Assembly (NCBI GenBank): GCA_048013815.1
Contig: CM106585.1
Span: 22,692,001 to 22,756,000, forward strand
Reading direction: 5' to 3'
DNA length: 64,000 bases
Source of the DNA: Setoptus koraiensis
Lineage: Eukaryota > Animalia > Arthropoda
Below, piece after piece: positions 34,747 through 48,100 of this stretch (position 1 is its first letter; every line of letters begins with the position of its first letter). The notes beneath the pieces were generated by a model. The model saw only the letters and a program-made list of their open reading frames with translations, made no database searches and was not told where the DNA came from. The position numbers and the translations under genes are program-made.

Positions 34747-37450
34747 GTTGGCCACTCGTTGTGAATCGCAAGCGTCAGGAGCAAGGAGCACAGTTCACCT
34801 CTTGTCACTGGCATTTGAATGAAAGTCAGTTTAGGAGTCACTCAAAAGTGTCAAGTTGAAGTTGTCAGCCGCAAGTGTCTGGTGATATATGCAAATTGCG
34901 CATATATCACCAATTGCCTGGGATCTGGCCATTGTCAGCGTTTGTTTGGCTGCGTTTGCGGTGCGACTGGCCGGTGCGACTGGCCCAGTTGCCAGCAGTA
35001 GGCGAGCTGGAGCCAGCCAAAAAAGAAGCTCGGCGGCCCGACGGCTCGACGGCTCGAGAGACAGCAGCGGCGAGCGTGCGACTGAAGAAAGTTTGTCGAG
35101 ACGCCGAGCTGTCGGTTCGTTTGGCCGAGCGGCCGACTCAAACGAGAGTGAGCGCACAATGGCGAAGACATTGATTTTGCACACAATGCTGCGCTTGCTG
35201 CACTTATTACGTCATAATAATTCATACTTGACAAACGGCAGAAAAAAGAGGAGAGCAGCGCAGCGCAGACCGAGACGAAACGAACAACGACCGCGCAATG
35301 TTGGCAGAAATATGCAATACGAAATGCGGCGCAACACGGCCAAGCGAACAAACGGTGCAATATGCAATTCGAACACACGGTGCGATATGGAATGTGAGCG
35401 ATATGTGCCAGGCGAACGGCTGGCGGCCGTGAGCTGGCAGCGAGAGAGCGCTCAATTTCACGCTCAATTTAACCTGGCAGCCGCTTTTTGGGCCGCTTTC
35501 GCTTTGCGCGCACCGTCCACTATGCGGCGCCGCGGTAACTGTAGTGGCGCAATAGTTAGCTCACTGGCTAATAGTTCTTACAGCGACACTATGCAACAGG
35601 TTGCCGGCATGACTACTGTCCACCAATGCACACCGGTGCGCCAACGGGCATGTGTCCACCAATGGGCATATCTGGTCCACTAATGCACCTGTCCACTAAT
35701 GGCTGCACCGGCGACCGTTGCAAGTTGCAACTGTCAAATGTGCGCTGTCAAATGTGCGCTGTCAAATGGCACCAATGATAAATGACACACACACACACAG
35801 CGAGACACACAGCGAGATGGCGAGCGAAATATTGTCCATCGCGCCAGATCATTTATTTATGTGTTACATAATATTTATAAAATTAGCCAGACAAACAGAT
35901 GACTGGCTGGCAAGTGATTACAGCTGATGGACTGTTTTCGGGCTGTTTCTCGACTGTTTTTAGGCTGTTTTGCACCGTTGGCTGGCTGGCGGGCCGGCTG
36001 ACTGGCGGGCCGGCTGGCCGATGGCTTGTGTCCGATGCGAGCGTCATTAAGTCATCAGCATGTTGAGGCATCATTGGCGTGGCCCGGCCAACGCACACAA
36101 TGGCCATTGAAACACCGTTCAGCTGGCTGCAGTCAGTGCAACGGCAAGCGAGCCAGCACAAGTGAAAACGAAACTGCCAACCGTTACATAACAACAACAA
36201 GTTACATAACACTAAACAACTGGTCCAGTCTGCGACTCGCTGTCCGCTACTCACCTGTCGCTGTCAGTGAGTCACACACACACACACGCCAGCCACTAAC
36301 TCGCTCACTCGCCAACTGCTAATATGCAATGTTACGCAATGTGCTTCGGACAGGTACGGTATACATACGCTATAGTATGTACATGTTAGTAGACGTAGAG
36401 AGTTAGTAGATGTGTATTATTAGACACGGCGAGACGCTAACTAACATAATGTTGATAACATTGCCCATGCTTGACATTGCTACCGCTCTCGTTACAAGAG
36501 TCTTGTTACAAGGGTCTTGTAGCCCACAAGTTGTAGGTGGTGCTGGTGTCGCTGGTGCGCCCGCTGTCGGCGCTGTCGGCTGCCCACTGGCGGCCGGCCA
36601 TTAAAACACCAACGAAACAGCAAGGCATAAACGCATAAACTTGAAAACTTATAACTACTCGCAATTTGTGAGTCACAAACGCTGGCCAAGTTACGCAACA
36701 ACCTTGAGCCCGAATTGTCAGCCAACAAGGCAAACAAACAATAACACACATTAGCTAACATTGGCCAACATTGGCCAACACTGGCTAACATTGTATAGTC
36801 GCGCAATGCTGCCGCTTTCGCTACAATTTTATGTTTATAATGCGAGTGACGGGCGTGCGACCAACTTGCGTTGCCAGTGGCGCCTCTTTAGGACAACATT
36901 ATCATTGTTTATTTCACGGCATAATCGTTCGTGGTCGGCGCTCAGTTTGTTTTGGCGGCCGGGCGGCCGGGCAGCGACTTGCGCCCGACTGGCACCGTCC
37001 GACAGCGACCGTCGGCGCAATCAATCAATGGCCGCCGCCGACACCAACAACGACAGCAACAGCAACAGCAATGACGCCGACAGCGACCAACTCGGGCCGG
37101 TATCGGTCACGGTCAGCGGCGACGCTCCTCTCGGAATGCTCGCATCATGCGAGTCGCATGTTCCCATTTCGAAGCTCTCGCTCGAGACGCGAACGTTCTA
37201 GCGTTGCGACGTTCGACATTCGGAACGTTCGAGCGGTCGGATGGTGGAATTGCAGCGACGACAATTGCACAATTGCGCCATTGCCGGGCAGAGCGCGCCG
37301 CCGCGCCGTCCAGTTGGCCAGCCGATCGGAATGTCCGACGCTCCGATCGGCCGCAATGTTTACTCTACTCGATTATGTCATGCCCGTGCGCCAGCCAGCC
37401 GGCCAGCACCGCAGCAGCAGCACCGACGCCAACAGCAGCAGCAATAACAG

Positions 37451-37451
37451 C

Positions 37452-37525
<74 letters not shown>
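37451..37525. repeat. (CAA)25 microsatellite
   Basis: Pure CAA run flanked by CAG/CGA variants. Confidence 0.95.
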
Positions 37526-37527
<2 letters not shown>

Positions 37528-39053
37528 GCGACAACAGCGACAACAGCGGCAACAACATTGCGCAACATTGGCAACCGTTGTCATACAGTGCAACAGTGTT
37601 ATGTAATGTGTTGTGCGCAGCATTGCACAACAATGACAAGCGATAATCTGTTTGTTGTCGCCCCAATGAGCTCAAGCTGAGCCCCTCACAATGCGCCCAG
37701 CAACAATAGCGACATTCCGCGGCCAGCACCGTGAGAAAGAACGTTCCGAAGTGGCGACGCGCACGCCGTGCACACTGGCAGTCGGCGTAACATTGTTGCT
37801 GTTGTTGCAACAACTGGACCGACAACAGCAACAGTTGGCCGCGGAATATCTCGAGTTCGAACGGGCTCGAACGAGCTCATTGCGCTTCTCTGGCTCCGAC
37901 GCCCCTCTTTGGGCTTCTTCGGGCTTCTTTGCGCTAATCCGGTCCGCTCTTATCTCCAAATCGGAGACTCGCGACCCTCTGGCGACCATACGAGACGACA
38001 CTGGAGTCCAGTGACTGGACGGCGCTAAACGACGCCAGTCGATAACATGCCGGCCAACAGATGATATTGTTAGGCCAGTGCCAATGCCAATTGAGATGTT
38101 GTGACAAGCAAACAATTCAAAAGCCATTGTTCGCTTGCTATCATTTGAATCATTTGAATGGCTCGCACCGGCCTGTGAAATGACCACTCGGCGCTGCATT
38201 TGCAATTGTCGGTGTTGCCGCTCGCAATCACGCTAATGGGCATCACGACGCAATTTGCCGGCACCGTTAACATGGTGATATATGGACACAACTACCAACT
38301 GACTGCAACAGTTGTGCAGTTACGCAATCTGTGTATTCAGTTGCTCCACTTATTTAGTCTAGTTTAGCAGCCATGCTCTAGTAGCGCGAAACGCACTCAC
38401 TCCAATCAACTGACCCAATCGAGGTCGTTGACCAGCCAGCCAGCCAGCCAGACAGACAGCGACATCCTTTCGCTAATTAACTCAAAATCGCTAATTAACT
38501 CACATTCGCTAATTAGCTCAAAATTAATCTCGCCCGGGCCAAATTAACTCAACTGATACCGGCTATCCTGTCTGTCTGTCTGTTATGATTGCCCGTTATG
38601 AACGTGTCTTGTTGGTGGCCACCATTTGTCCACTGTTTGTCTTGCTCGTCGCCTTTATGCCGGTAGTTGTTACGTAACGATTGTCACGTGATCGTCACTT
38701 ACATCGTCACAATCATATGTTGACAATGTTTGTGACCATTCGTGACACACGCTCAATCGATCAACGCTCGCCCATTTGTCAGTCGCTCTGTCACTTGATC
38801 CCGTTGTCGTCAACACCGCTGTCCACTCACTGTCGCTGTCCGCTCACTGTCCACTTGTTGCGTAATTGAACAATGTATGGATAGATGACAAATCTAATTG
38901 TGAATTGAACGCAGTGCGACCGCCAACAGCACGAATCAGCAATTTAGTCTGTCGACAAGGCCGCTGGGCGACGATTGAATGAACAAAATACTGCAATACA
39001 CACACAATGTAACCAAATAAAAAATTGTCATTATTTGACAATGTTGCCAGCGA

Positions 39054-39107
39054 CTCACTGACAGTCGCTGGCTCACTGACAGTCGCTGGCTCACTGATAG
39101 TCGCTGG
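39054..39107. repeat. Tandem repeat, 18-nt unit CTCACTGAYAGTCGCTGG x3
   Basis: Three adjacent copies. The first forms a 9-bp fold-back with the upstream CCAGCGACT at 39047. Confidence 0.92.
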
Positions 39108-42100
39108 CGAGACAGCGCCACCAACAGTGACTAATGGCGATCTGTATCACCAACCAGAATTATGTATCATACACAAAGTATTATGAAGTGGAATTGGGCA
39201 GGTTATTGCAGCGGCTTGTATGCGCAGCCGACATTGACTAGCTAATGGTTGTCGTTGTTGTTGTTGGCGCTGTCAGCCAGTAAACTGTCAAATAGTATTT
39301 GACAGAAATGCAGACAGCAACATAACAGTGTTACGCAATCAGTATCACCTGTATGCAGCCAACTTACAAGGCAAGGTAACCCAAGTGTCGAGTGTTGTCA
39401 CAACGTTGCTCATGTACCAACATGAAGCCCGGATTGTGTGTGTAGTTTGGTCAGTTTGGGCAAACTGACCAAGCCAAGTGTCAGTTAACAGTGTCAAATA
39501 GACGGGCCAACAATGACAATGGACACGAGCTTGCCCGGCCTGCCTTTCGCCTTGACGTAAGCAACCAAAAGCTGGCAACTAGCCGGCCGGTGGCTGCAAC
39601 AGACACAAGGTCGGTGAGCTGGCTGGTTGGCTGGTCAGTGGCGAGTGAACAACAACAACAACACGCACTCAAACAACAAAAGATGGCCAAAACAAACTGA
39701 CTAAAACTATGGCGACAGTTATTACGTAATGCGTAACAATTTTCGAGTGGCTCGTGAACGGGCCAGCAACAACAACAGCAACGGCAACAACGACAGCAAC
39801 AACAACAACGACAGAGATAGGATAAACATGTCGAAATCAATAGTGACGGTCGCGCTTCACACAAAGCGGACTTAATTTTAATTTTATTTTCAAGATTTAA
39901 TTTCGCTGGGCACGGCACGTGTCTCGCTCGAGCTCAAGCTCAAGCTCGAGCTAATGATTGTTTAAACTGGACAACACAATTAAGACACCAACGGCAAACA
40001 CCCAAGCCATAAAAGCAGCTTGCCCAAGCCAACTCATGTCCGCTGTTGTTGTTGTTGTTGTTGTTGTCGTTACCCAAGCCATTGATAAGTCTTGACAATA
40101 TCAACAACAATAACATTGTGCTGCTGTCGTCGCTGTTGTTGCTGCCGCTGTTGTTGTTTTTGTTGTTGTCGCTGCCGTTGCTGTTGCCGCTGTCGTTGTC
40201 GTTGTTGAGCAGCCAAGGGAGGCCGACAACGACAACGGTCAATTATTGCAAGTTAACATCTTCACGCGCTCACAAAGCCATTTGTCGGCCTGCAATACTA
40301 ATGCGTCACGTATTGCGCAACTTCTTAATTATTACGTAATGCACTTAGGTATTACCGGTATTGTTATTGTTGCACGGTATTACCATCATTGTTGTGCTCA
40401 CTGGCATAAAACAACAACGACAGCGACGACAACAACAACAACAACGACAACAACAACAACAACGACAACAACAAGTGCATTGTAGTGCGTTGCGCAACTT
40501 GCGTGTGTGTACCGTTGGCAAACACCAGGCTAGACAAGCGTTAGTCGGTGATATATTATTAATATAATAGACCGTTAGTCGTGCTGTGCGCTTGTGACGA
40601 CAAGATGATCAACGAACAGCGTCGTGATGCACTTGTTGCTCATTAGTCGCCAGCACTAATTGATGGACTCGCTTTAGCCGCTAAACTTTGGCGTCGCCTC
40701 ACAACTTGCTAATCGCTCGCTAGTCAGTGTTTGGCGAGCTCCACGGGTCGCTAGCTCGCCCTCGTCTGCTTAATCTGTGAGCGCATATCGCACGGTATGC
40801 TTGTTGTATGTTTCCATGATGGCCGGACATACCTTATATTGCCCAACATTACATAATATATATATATATTATATAATATACATATTGCATAATGTATGTG
40901 GTGGGCATGCCAGTCGGGCTCAGGTGAGTGCATTGTGTGCATTTGACACGTTGCGGGCAACTTGTAGGCGCGAGCTGCCAGCAGCTGCTGGCATCGTGAC
41001 TCAATCAACTGTTGCCGTTGCTCCCATTGAAACAATTTGCACTTGTTGCCTGTTGCACCGTTACAGTTGGCCCAAGCGGCTGCTATGCCAACAACAACAG
41101 CAACAACGACGCTGTCTGACTTTCGTTCTTCGCTCGGTTGTTTGGTTCTTTCGAACGAAACAATCCTCCGCTGGTTGTTGCGTCATCGCGCTGTTGCGTT
41201 ATCGCGCTATTGCGTTATCGCGCTGTTGCGTTCGTTCGCTGGCCGCCGGTCGACGATCGGTAATTGCGCAACTAAATGGCGCCTCGTCGATTCATTGTCA
41301 TGTCATGGGCGCATCACGGCTTCCGAACTGCATTTTGTCGGTCACTTTCTTCCGTTGGGCAGCCGTTGCGCAACAGTGTTACGCAACAGTCACCGCCGAA
41401 ACGGTCACCGTTGAGCGGTGTGCGCCGGCAAACGTGACAACAACAACAGCAACAACAACAAAAACAACAACAAAGGCGAAAATTATTGTGTCGCAAGCAC
41501 CGCAACACGAAAACTGACCGCCAGACCGGACCGCACCGGACATGGTGTGGGCATTGGTGTTGTCGTGGTCGTTGCGTCATAAAGTAACGGCCTGTGACCC
41601 ACAACGATGCAATGCAATGATTCAATGATGCAATGCAATGATGTAATAACCATGAGTGACAGTGAACGGGCAACAGATGCATGTGTCAGAGGCATGTGTC
41701 AGGGGCATGTGTCAGGGGCATGCGGTGAGGGGTTTGTGTGACGCACGCAAATTAGCGCTCTCATTTCAATTAGTCGCGCGTAACAATGTCGCTTACGCAA
41801 TGGCGCTGCGTTGCCCAGTTCGAGCTCGGCAGCGCTTGTTGCACTTGCTGACCGGTTGTGCAACGGTGTTTTTGCACCGGTTTGCAGCAAAAACGGTTGT
41901 TGTGTGTCAGTTGGCCAAAGTTGACACATCGCATCATTGGTGTCATATTTGTCAGAGAGAGAGAGCGAGAGAGAGAAAGAGATTTTTTCCTCCTTGCATG
42001 TCCGACATTTTGTCTATTGTATAATTATAAATGCCAGTTACGTAACATGTAGTTGCCTGTGCTGCTGTTGCCCACAATCGGTCAGCTGTCTGGCTGTAGG

Positions 42101-45100
42101 AAACTGATGCAATTTCATAGTGCGACAACAACGACCAACAAGCGGCCAGCGACAACAGCCACACCAGTACACACAATTATTATGGCGCCGACTAGCGGCC
42201 ACTTCCTGTCGCCGACAGCCAGCAGCTTGCCAAATTGGCAATATTGATCGGCTGGCCAGTTGTCATGGCTGCCATTGGGCAGCAAGTGCGCACAAACAAA
42301 CAATCAATTGATATTGCCCACTAGGTGTAACTTGTGCCCGCTTGTATTACATAACATTATAAAGATACTGTGTATTACATAACGGTGTGCATTATAAAAA
42401 TACCGTGCATTGCATAACAGTGCATAATAAAGAGTGTGCGCTAAAAAACACTGTGTATCACATAATACGACTGTCATACAGTGAGTCGTACAGGTAACAA
42501 TTTTGCTGTTGATCGCAGACGCCACGGCAAAAACTGACCATTATGACACACACACACACACACACACATGCGATGCAATGGCTTATGTAATAAAAGGCAA
42601 GCTAACAATATTTAGTAATATTTGTTGGCGCTCACCTGTGCGCCTACAGGGGCACAACAAAGGAAATAACGGTCACCGCAACAGCAACGGTTGCGCCGAT
42701 GACGACGACGGCGCGGGGCACCTGTCCGCTGTGGCGCCACCATCGCATAAGCGGACACCATTGGCTGGGCGCGCTGGCCGGCGGACAAAGGTCACAACTT
42801 TTGGTTGGCTGCCAACAACAGGGTGCTGCTGGCCTGATTATTGTTGCGTCGACGCCAACGCAAAATGTGAAAAACAAACGCTTTTCGCAGGCCATTTCCG
42901 AAGCCGCACCGAGGGGCCGCCCAACATTGTTTGTTTTGCCGTTGGTTGCCAGCAGTCACAACAGCAACCCATGCGACGCTGCCCATTGTTGGCGGCCGCA
43001 TCTCGCTCCGTCTCGACGTTTGCGTCTCGACGTTTGTGTCTCGACTCACCTGGGCACCGTTTGCACCTGTTCCGTGCGGCCATTTTTCGTGGCTGGCCGA
43101 CCGATGGAGTCGGCGCTTGCGCAATCGCATCACGCTTTGTGATGGCTTCATTGATCAAACAACTGGTTGCAGCGAGCGGATAAATGCGGCGGCCAGTCGG
43201 ACGGGCGTCGTCCCGCAACGAGCTTCCGCTCTCACGGCCTGCTGGCAAGCGAGCGGCCAGCAGCAAGCGACCGGCCGACAGCAAACATCGAAAGTCGCCC
43301 AATCACACAGCTGACCAATGACAGCCGATCGGCGGAAGTCGGCGCTTGCGGCCTCCAATTACCAGTGCGTCCCGTTTTGCAGTAAAATCGTTTTACGTTT
43401 GCTGGCGAGCAAACGCAAGGCGCTTTTGCGTAACGAGCGAGCCCAGCCCAGCGAGCGGGGCCTTCCGTTCGGCCGGCCGTCTCATGGCAATTTTCGCGTA
43501 CAACTGGCCGGTTGCAACAATGTGCAAAATGCCCATTTTCGACCCTGTTCGACTGCGTTCTCGACTGCGTTCTCGATCGACTGCGTTCTCGATGCGGCTG
43601 CAACGGCCACATCGAAAGCGCAATTGCGACCGGCCAATCAACGAACGAGCTCGCATTGGTCGCAGCGGCCGTCGGTCGGCCAGCCACAGGTGAATGAATA
43701 ACAAATTTGAGCCGCTCGAGACAACGGACGACGACGATTGTCGCCCGTTTCGTGATTGGCGAAACTGGCGACGGCAGCCGCAACAGCGACGGGATAATGA
43801 CGATAACAATGATAATAACGGTCTTGTTTGTCGAGCGGAGCGTCGTTGCGGCGCGCCGAAACTCGCTGCTGCGACCAGTTGAGCCGGCTTCGACCGAGCC
43901 GCTCGCTGGCCGCGCAATTGGCCGGCCGATTCTGTCGGCTTTGGCCAATTCCGTCACTTTTGGCCAGTTCTGTCGGTTTTGGCCAAATCGATCTCATCCG
44001 TTGTGGGTGGGGATCGGGCCGCTCGTCGGGCCAGATAATGGCAATTTTTGCCAATTTTTGCAGTTGTGATTTGCAGCGTTGTTTGTTGTGTGATGAACGT
44101 GCCGTCATCATACAACATGCCCGGTTTGTGTGACTGACAGCGGGCTGGTCAGCGCACACCGACAACAATAGTTAGCAAATCATAATAATTGTTTGTTTGT
44201 TGCGCAACAGGCAACGGTGGCCATTCGGCCAATTTGCATCGAGTGATCAACAAACAAACAACGAATTGGCGGCCGCTCGGGCGCAACTCGCTCAGCTGTT
44301 GGCCACCAAACCTGCGCTGTGGCCGCAGTGAGAGGCCCACTGGCGACAGGTGAGGCTGGCATAAATCAATGGACAGGCTTGACAGGTGAAATAACGGTCC
44401 AATTTGATTAGACGAAGTTTGTGGTTGGCCAGCCAACGCAACGGAACGCTCACCGTCGCGACTCGCGACACAACAAACGGCGGGCAAGCGAAGTGACGCA
44501 ACAACAATTGAAGGCCCTCCGATTTGAAGGGCGACACACGAGTGTGGCGGCCGACCGTTAATTATATGTTGCCGCGCCGCTCTAAACTGGCCGCGCTTTG
44601 CGAGCCGGCGAGCGAGCGAGAGTTCTAAGCGCTTCGCGCTGCAATTTCGAAGCTCTTCTCGCCGAGATTTCGAAAGGCTTCTCACTGGCGACTTGGAAGA
44701 GCTCGCTTCTTGCAGTGAGAAGATGGCTGCTGCAATCACACAATCGCACAATTACACACTCTCAGAAACTGCAAGCACTGCTGGCGACAGCAAGACAAAA
44801 CGACGCTCATTACCTGTCGAAATTATGCAATTTGCGTTTATTATGCAATGTTGCGTTCTTGCGTTCGTCGGGGAACGGGGGGGGGGCGGGCATGGACAAA
44901 GGGGAACATGCGGTCGTGTGGCCGACAGAGCAATAATTGAAATCAATTTGCTTGTTGTGCGCCAGCGAGCGCGCCAATAAGACTAATTTAGGCCCTTTGT
45001 TTGTCGTCGCTTGTTTATGTGGCGACGCTAACCGACCGACCGACTAGTTTTACTTGGTCTCTGGCTCTCTACAATTCGAACCAACATTGAGAGAGACTTG

Positions 45101-48100
45101 AAAATTTGAGACGCTCGAAAAGCCGCTCAGCTGGTCGATTGTCGCGAGACGGCGCTTCGAAATTGAAATAAATCTTGCCGGAGATTGTTCGGATCGTTTG
45201 TTTTCGGATGCCACTCACAGCCTGTAAGTTACAGGTAACCAGTGACAGGTCCCACGCCAGTGGAGGCTGCCTGTTGCGGGCTAGCTGAGATGCGATTGGC
45301 GCTTTTGTGTGTCGCGGTACCAGAGTCGAGACGAGCGACCGGCATCATTTAGGCATGTCGACTAATTAGCAGTAAATATCTCCTGTCGGCCGTATTATCT
45401 CCTGTCAGCCATAATATCTCAGCTACGTCTTGGGAATATCTCGCCCGGTCGCAACCGGGCAACGTCGTCGGTCCGCCTGCCGTTGGTCGGGCCGGCGACT
45501 GGACGTTTCTACGACTGCCTCGTCCGTCTACCACTGGACGCGCCACCGGTAACTCACCGGCCGGCGGTTCACGCAACCGGCGCTGCCAGACACGTCGGGC
45601 TGGGACGAGACGGTCGGCGTTCCTTCGAGACTCTCTCGGAATTCTTTGCAGAGTCGCGAGTTGAGAGTCGCGAACTGAGAGCCGAGAGTTTCACGGAGAG
45701 CGCAGTCGCACACGGAGCTGGCCGGTATGTCTAATTAGGCGCTGATGACGCCACTTTGATTGCGAGCTGCGAGTCGCAACTCGCCGCAATTGCCGATTGC
45801 AGTCGCGCCGAAAATGCGGCGACCGCCGGCCAGACGAATGGAGAAACAACCAAGAGAGAGGTGAAAATGTGAAATTTAGTTGCAATTTGAGGCAACGAGG
45901 ATGGCCGACAAGTTTGGCAAAAAATGTGAAAAAATGCAGCGTTTTGTGAATTGTGATTTAATTGAGACACAAGCGAGACAACACCGAATCTGACACACAA
46001 GCCAATCATCATTAGCGTCAGCTATCAGCTGCTGGCGGTTGGCGGTTGGCTGGTCGCTGGCTGTTGCTTGTTGCGTCACAAAGACGACGATGCAAAGTGT
46101 TGCGATTGCATGCACGCTGTTCAGTTGGTTGCAGGTTGTGTGTCTATTGACATGACAGACTTGCATTATGAGTAAGTTACATTATGCAAGTTACATAATT
46201 ACGTCAGCTACCCCGAAAGCCGAAAACGTCTGTCAAAAGCGCTCGCCAAGTTGGCGGCCACTGACAACAACGACAGCAGCAACAACGACAACAGCAACAA
46301 CAAACAATCGAACGGCCACGCTGGTCAGCTGACGGCCGACAGCGGCACTCATTGGACTGCATTTGGTGCGTTCGGTGCATTGGTGTAAATTTGGTTCATT
46401 TGATTCATTTGGCTCATTCAATCAGCTGACTGAGCGACCGGTGGCTCGCTGACCGTCGGCGGCTCGCTGACCGTCAGCGAATGGCGGGCGCCTCGCCAAC
46501 AGCGGCGCAAGAGCGGGCGCAATTGTGCAATTATAACTTATGTAACTGGCGCGGCTCATTAGTGGTCAGCTGATTGGGGTTGCGGGAGACGGGCGGCCGA
46601 TGGTCAGTTGTGCATCGATGGCCATTTCGGCCAGCTGGACGCTGTCGAGTTGACAGCATCCTAGAGAGTGCGCCACTAGCGACCCTCTGGTGGCGAGTGT
46701 CGTCGGAGTGGTCAAAATATTGTTGTGCCGCCGTGATGATTGCGCCAATTTTATATAAATATAAACATAAACACATGAACACAAAGTGTCAAATGTATCG
46801 CACACATCGGCTTGCCTTGTACTAACAAAACTAACAAAAAATTGTAAATGGCCCGCAATATCTCATGCGGGGCCAGCGGTGAGTTAGATGGTACGAGTGC
46901 CGTATTAACATTTGCACAGTGATTTTGGCGCCACAAATAAAATTAATCTGTGCGGTCATTGCATCATCATGCACCATCATGTACCTGTGCATGCGGACCG
47001 TTATTTATCGCAGGCTCTCTCTTATGGCTCTCTTATGGCTGAGAGACTCTCAACTTGAGTGTCTCAAGCTGTCGGCGTTGCGTTTTGTGTCGCCATTGCT
47101 TACAATGAGACGTATGAGACACAGGTGAGTCAGCAGCCACTTGTTGCCGCTGCTCCAATTTCAATGCCACCGCTACCCATGAAAAGTGAGCTACATATTA
47201 TCTAACATTATTATGTAATAGAGACAGCAGTTGCTTCTATTAGATAATATTGGCCATTAGTGCAAGTCTGGCCGCTCGCTGGCAGCCGAAGCAACTGCAT
47301 TGACTGTAGTAATACTACTATTACGTAATAGTAGTAAGTGTTGCCGTTAGTGTCACTGTCAAAGAGTTGCTGTGTGCGACTCCATCGGACACTTACCGAG
47401 TCTGTAAGTTACAGACGCTCGGCACAGGTAGACGGTTGCTCGCCGGCTGCCAGTGACGGCGAGCATCATTGTCAGACGTAATCGGACTCTAACGGTTGCT
47501 CTCTTACGCTTCTGCGAACGTTACAAGTTAACGGTTAACGGGCAACAGGTAACGGGCAACGGGCAACGGGGAGAGAGTGACTGTGAGAGAGTCAACTTTT
47601 TATGTGTGCCTCTTCTCTGGGCAACTGCACACACTGCACACAGGTAATAATAATAATAATTGTTGCTGTTGTTGTAATCATTGGCCATGTAATAACTGTG
47701 CCATATAATGTAATAATAATAACGGTCAATATCATCACATCACACAGTAATAGCGGCATTACGTAACAGTGCAACGAAAGGATCGAGTTTCGCACACACA
47801 ATCAGCTGTAATCGGTGTCTCGGCTGTCACAGTGGCTCTCAGAGTCTGGCCACTGACATTGGCGCTTCTTAGCGGCCGCTCTCAGCTGACATTGCAAACA
47901 TCAAATTGCAAACATCAAATTGCAAACATCAAATTGCAGGTAATTGGATAAGTTGCATAAGTTTTGCCGCCTAACTGACCCAGCCGCTGACCGCTCTCTC
48001 TTTTGAATTGTAATGCAAACTTTGCATTACAAAGTGTCATGCTCACTGGCGCCGCATCGCCAGCAAACCAACCCAAACCGATTCTTGGCCACTCCGGCCA

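Noticed and set aside
40475-40498. GTGCATTGTAGT, matching the 5' end of miR-33
   Set aside because: The 3' half diverges and I found no complementary star arm nearby, so no pre-miRNA hairpin.
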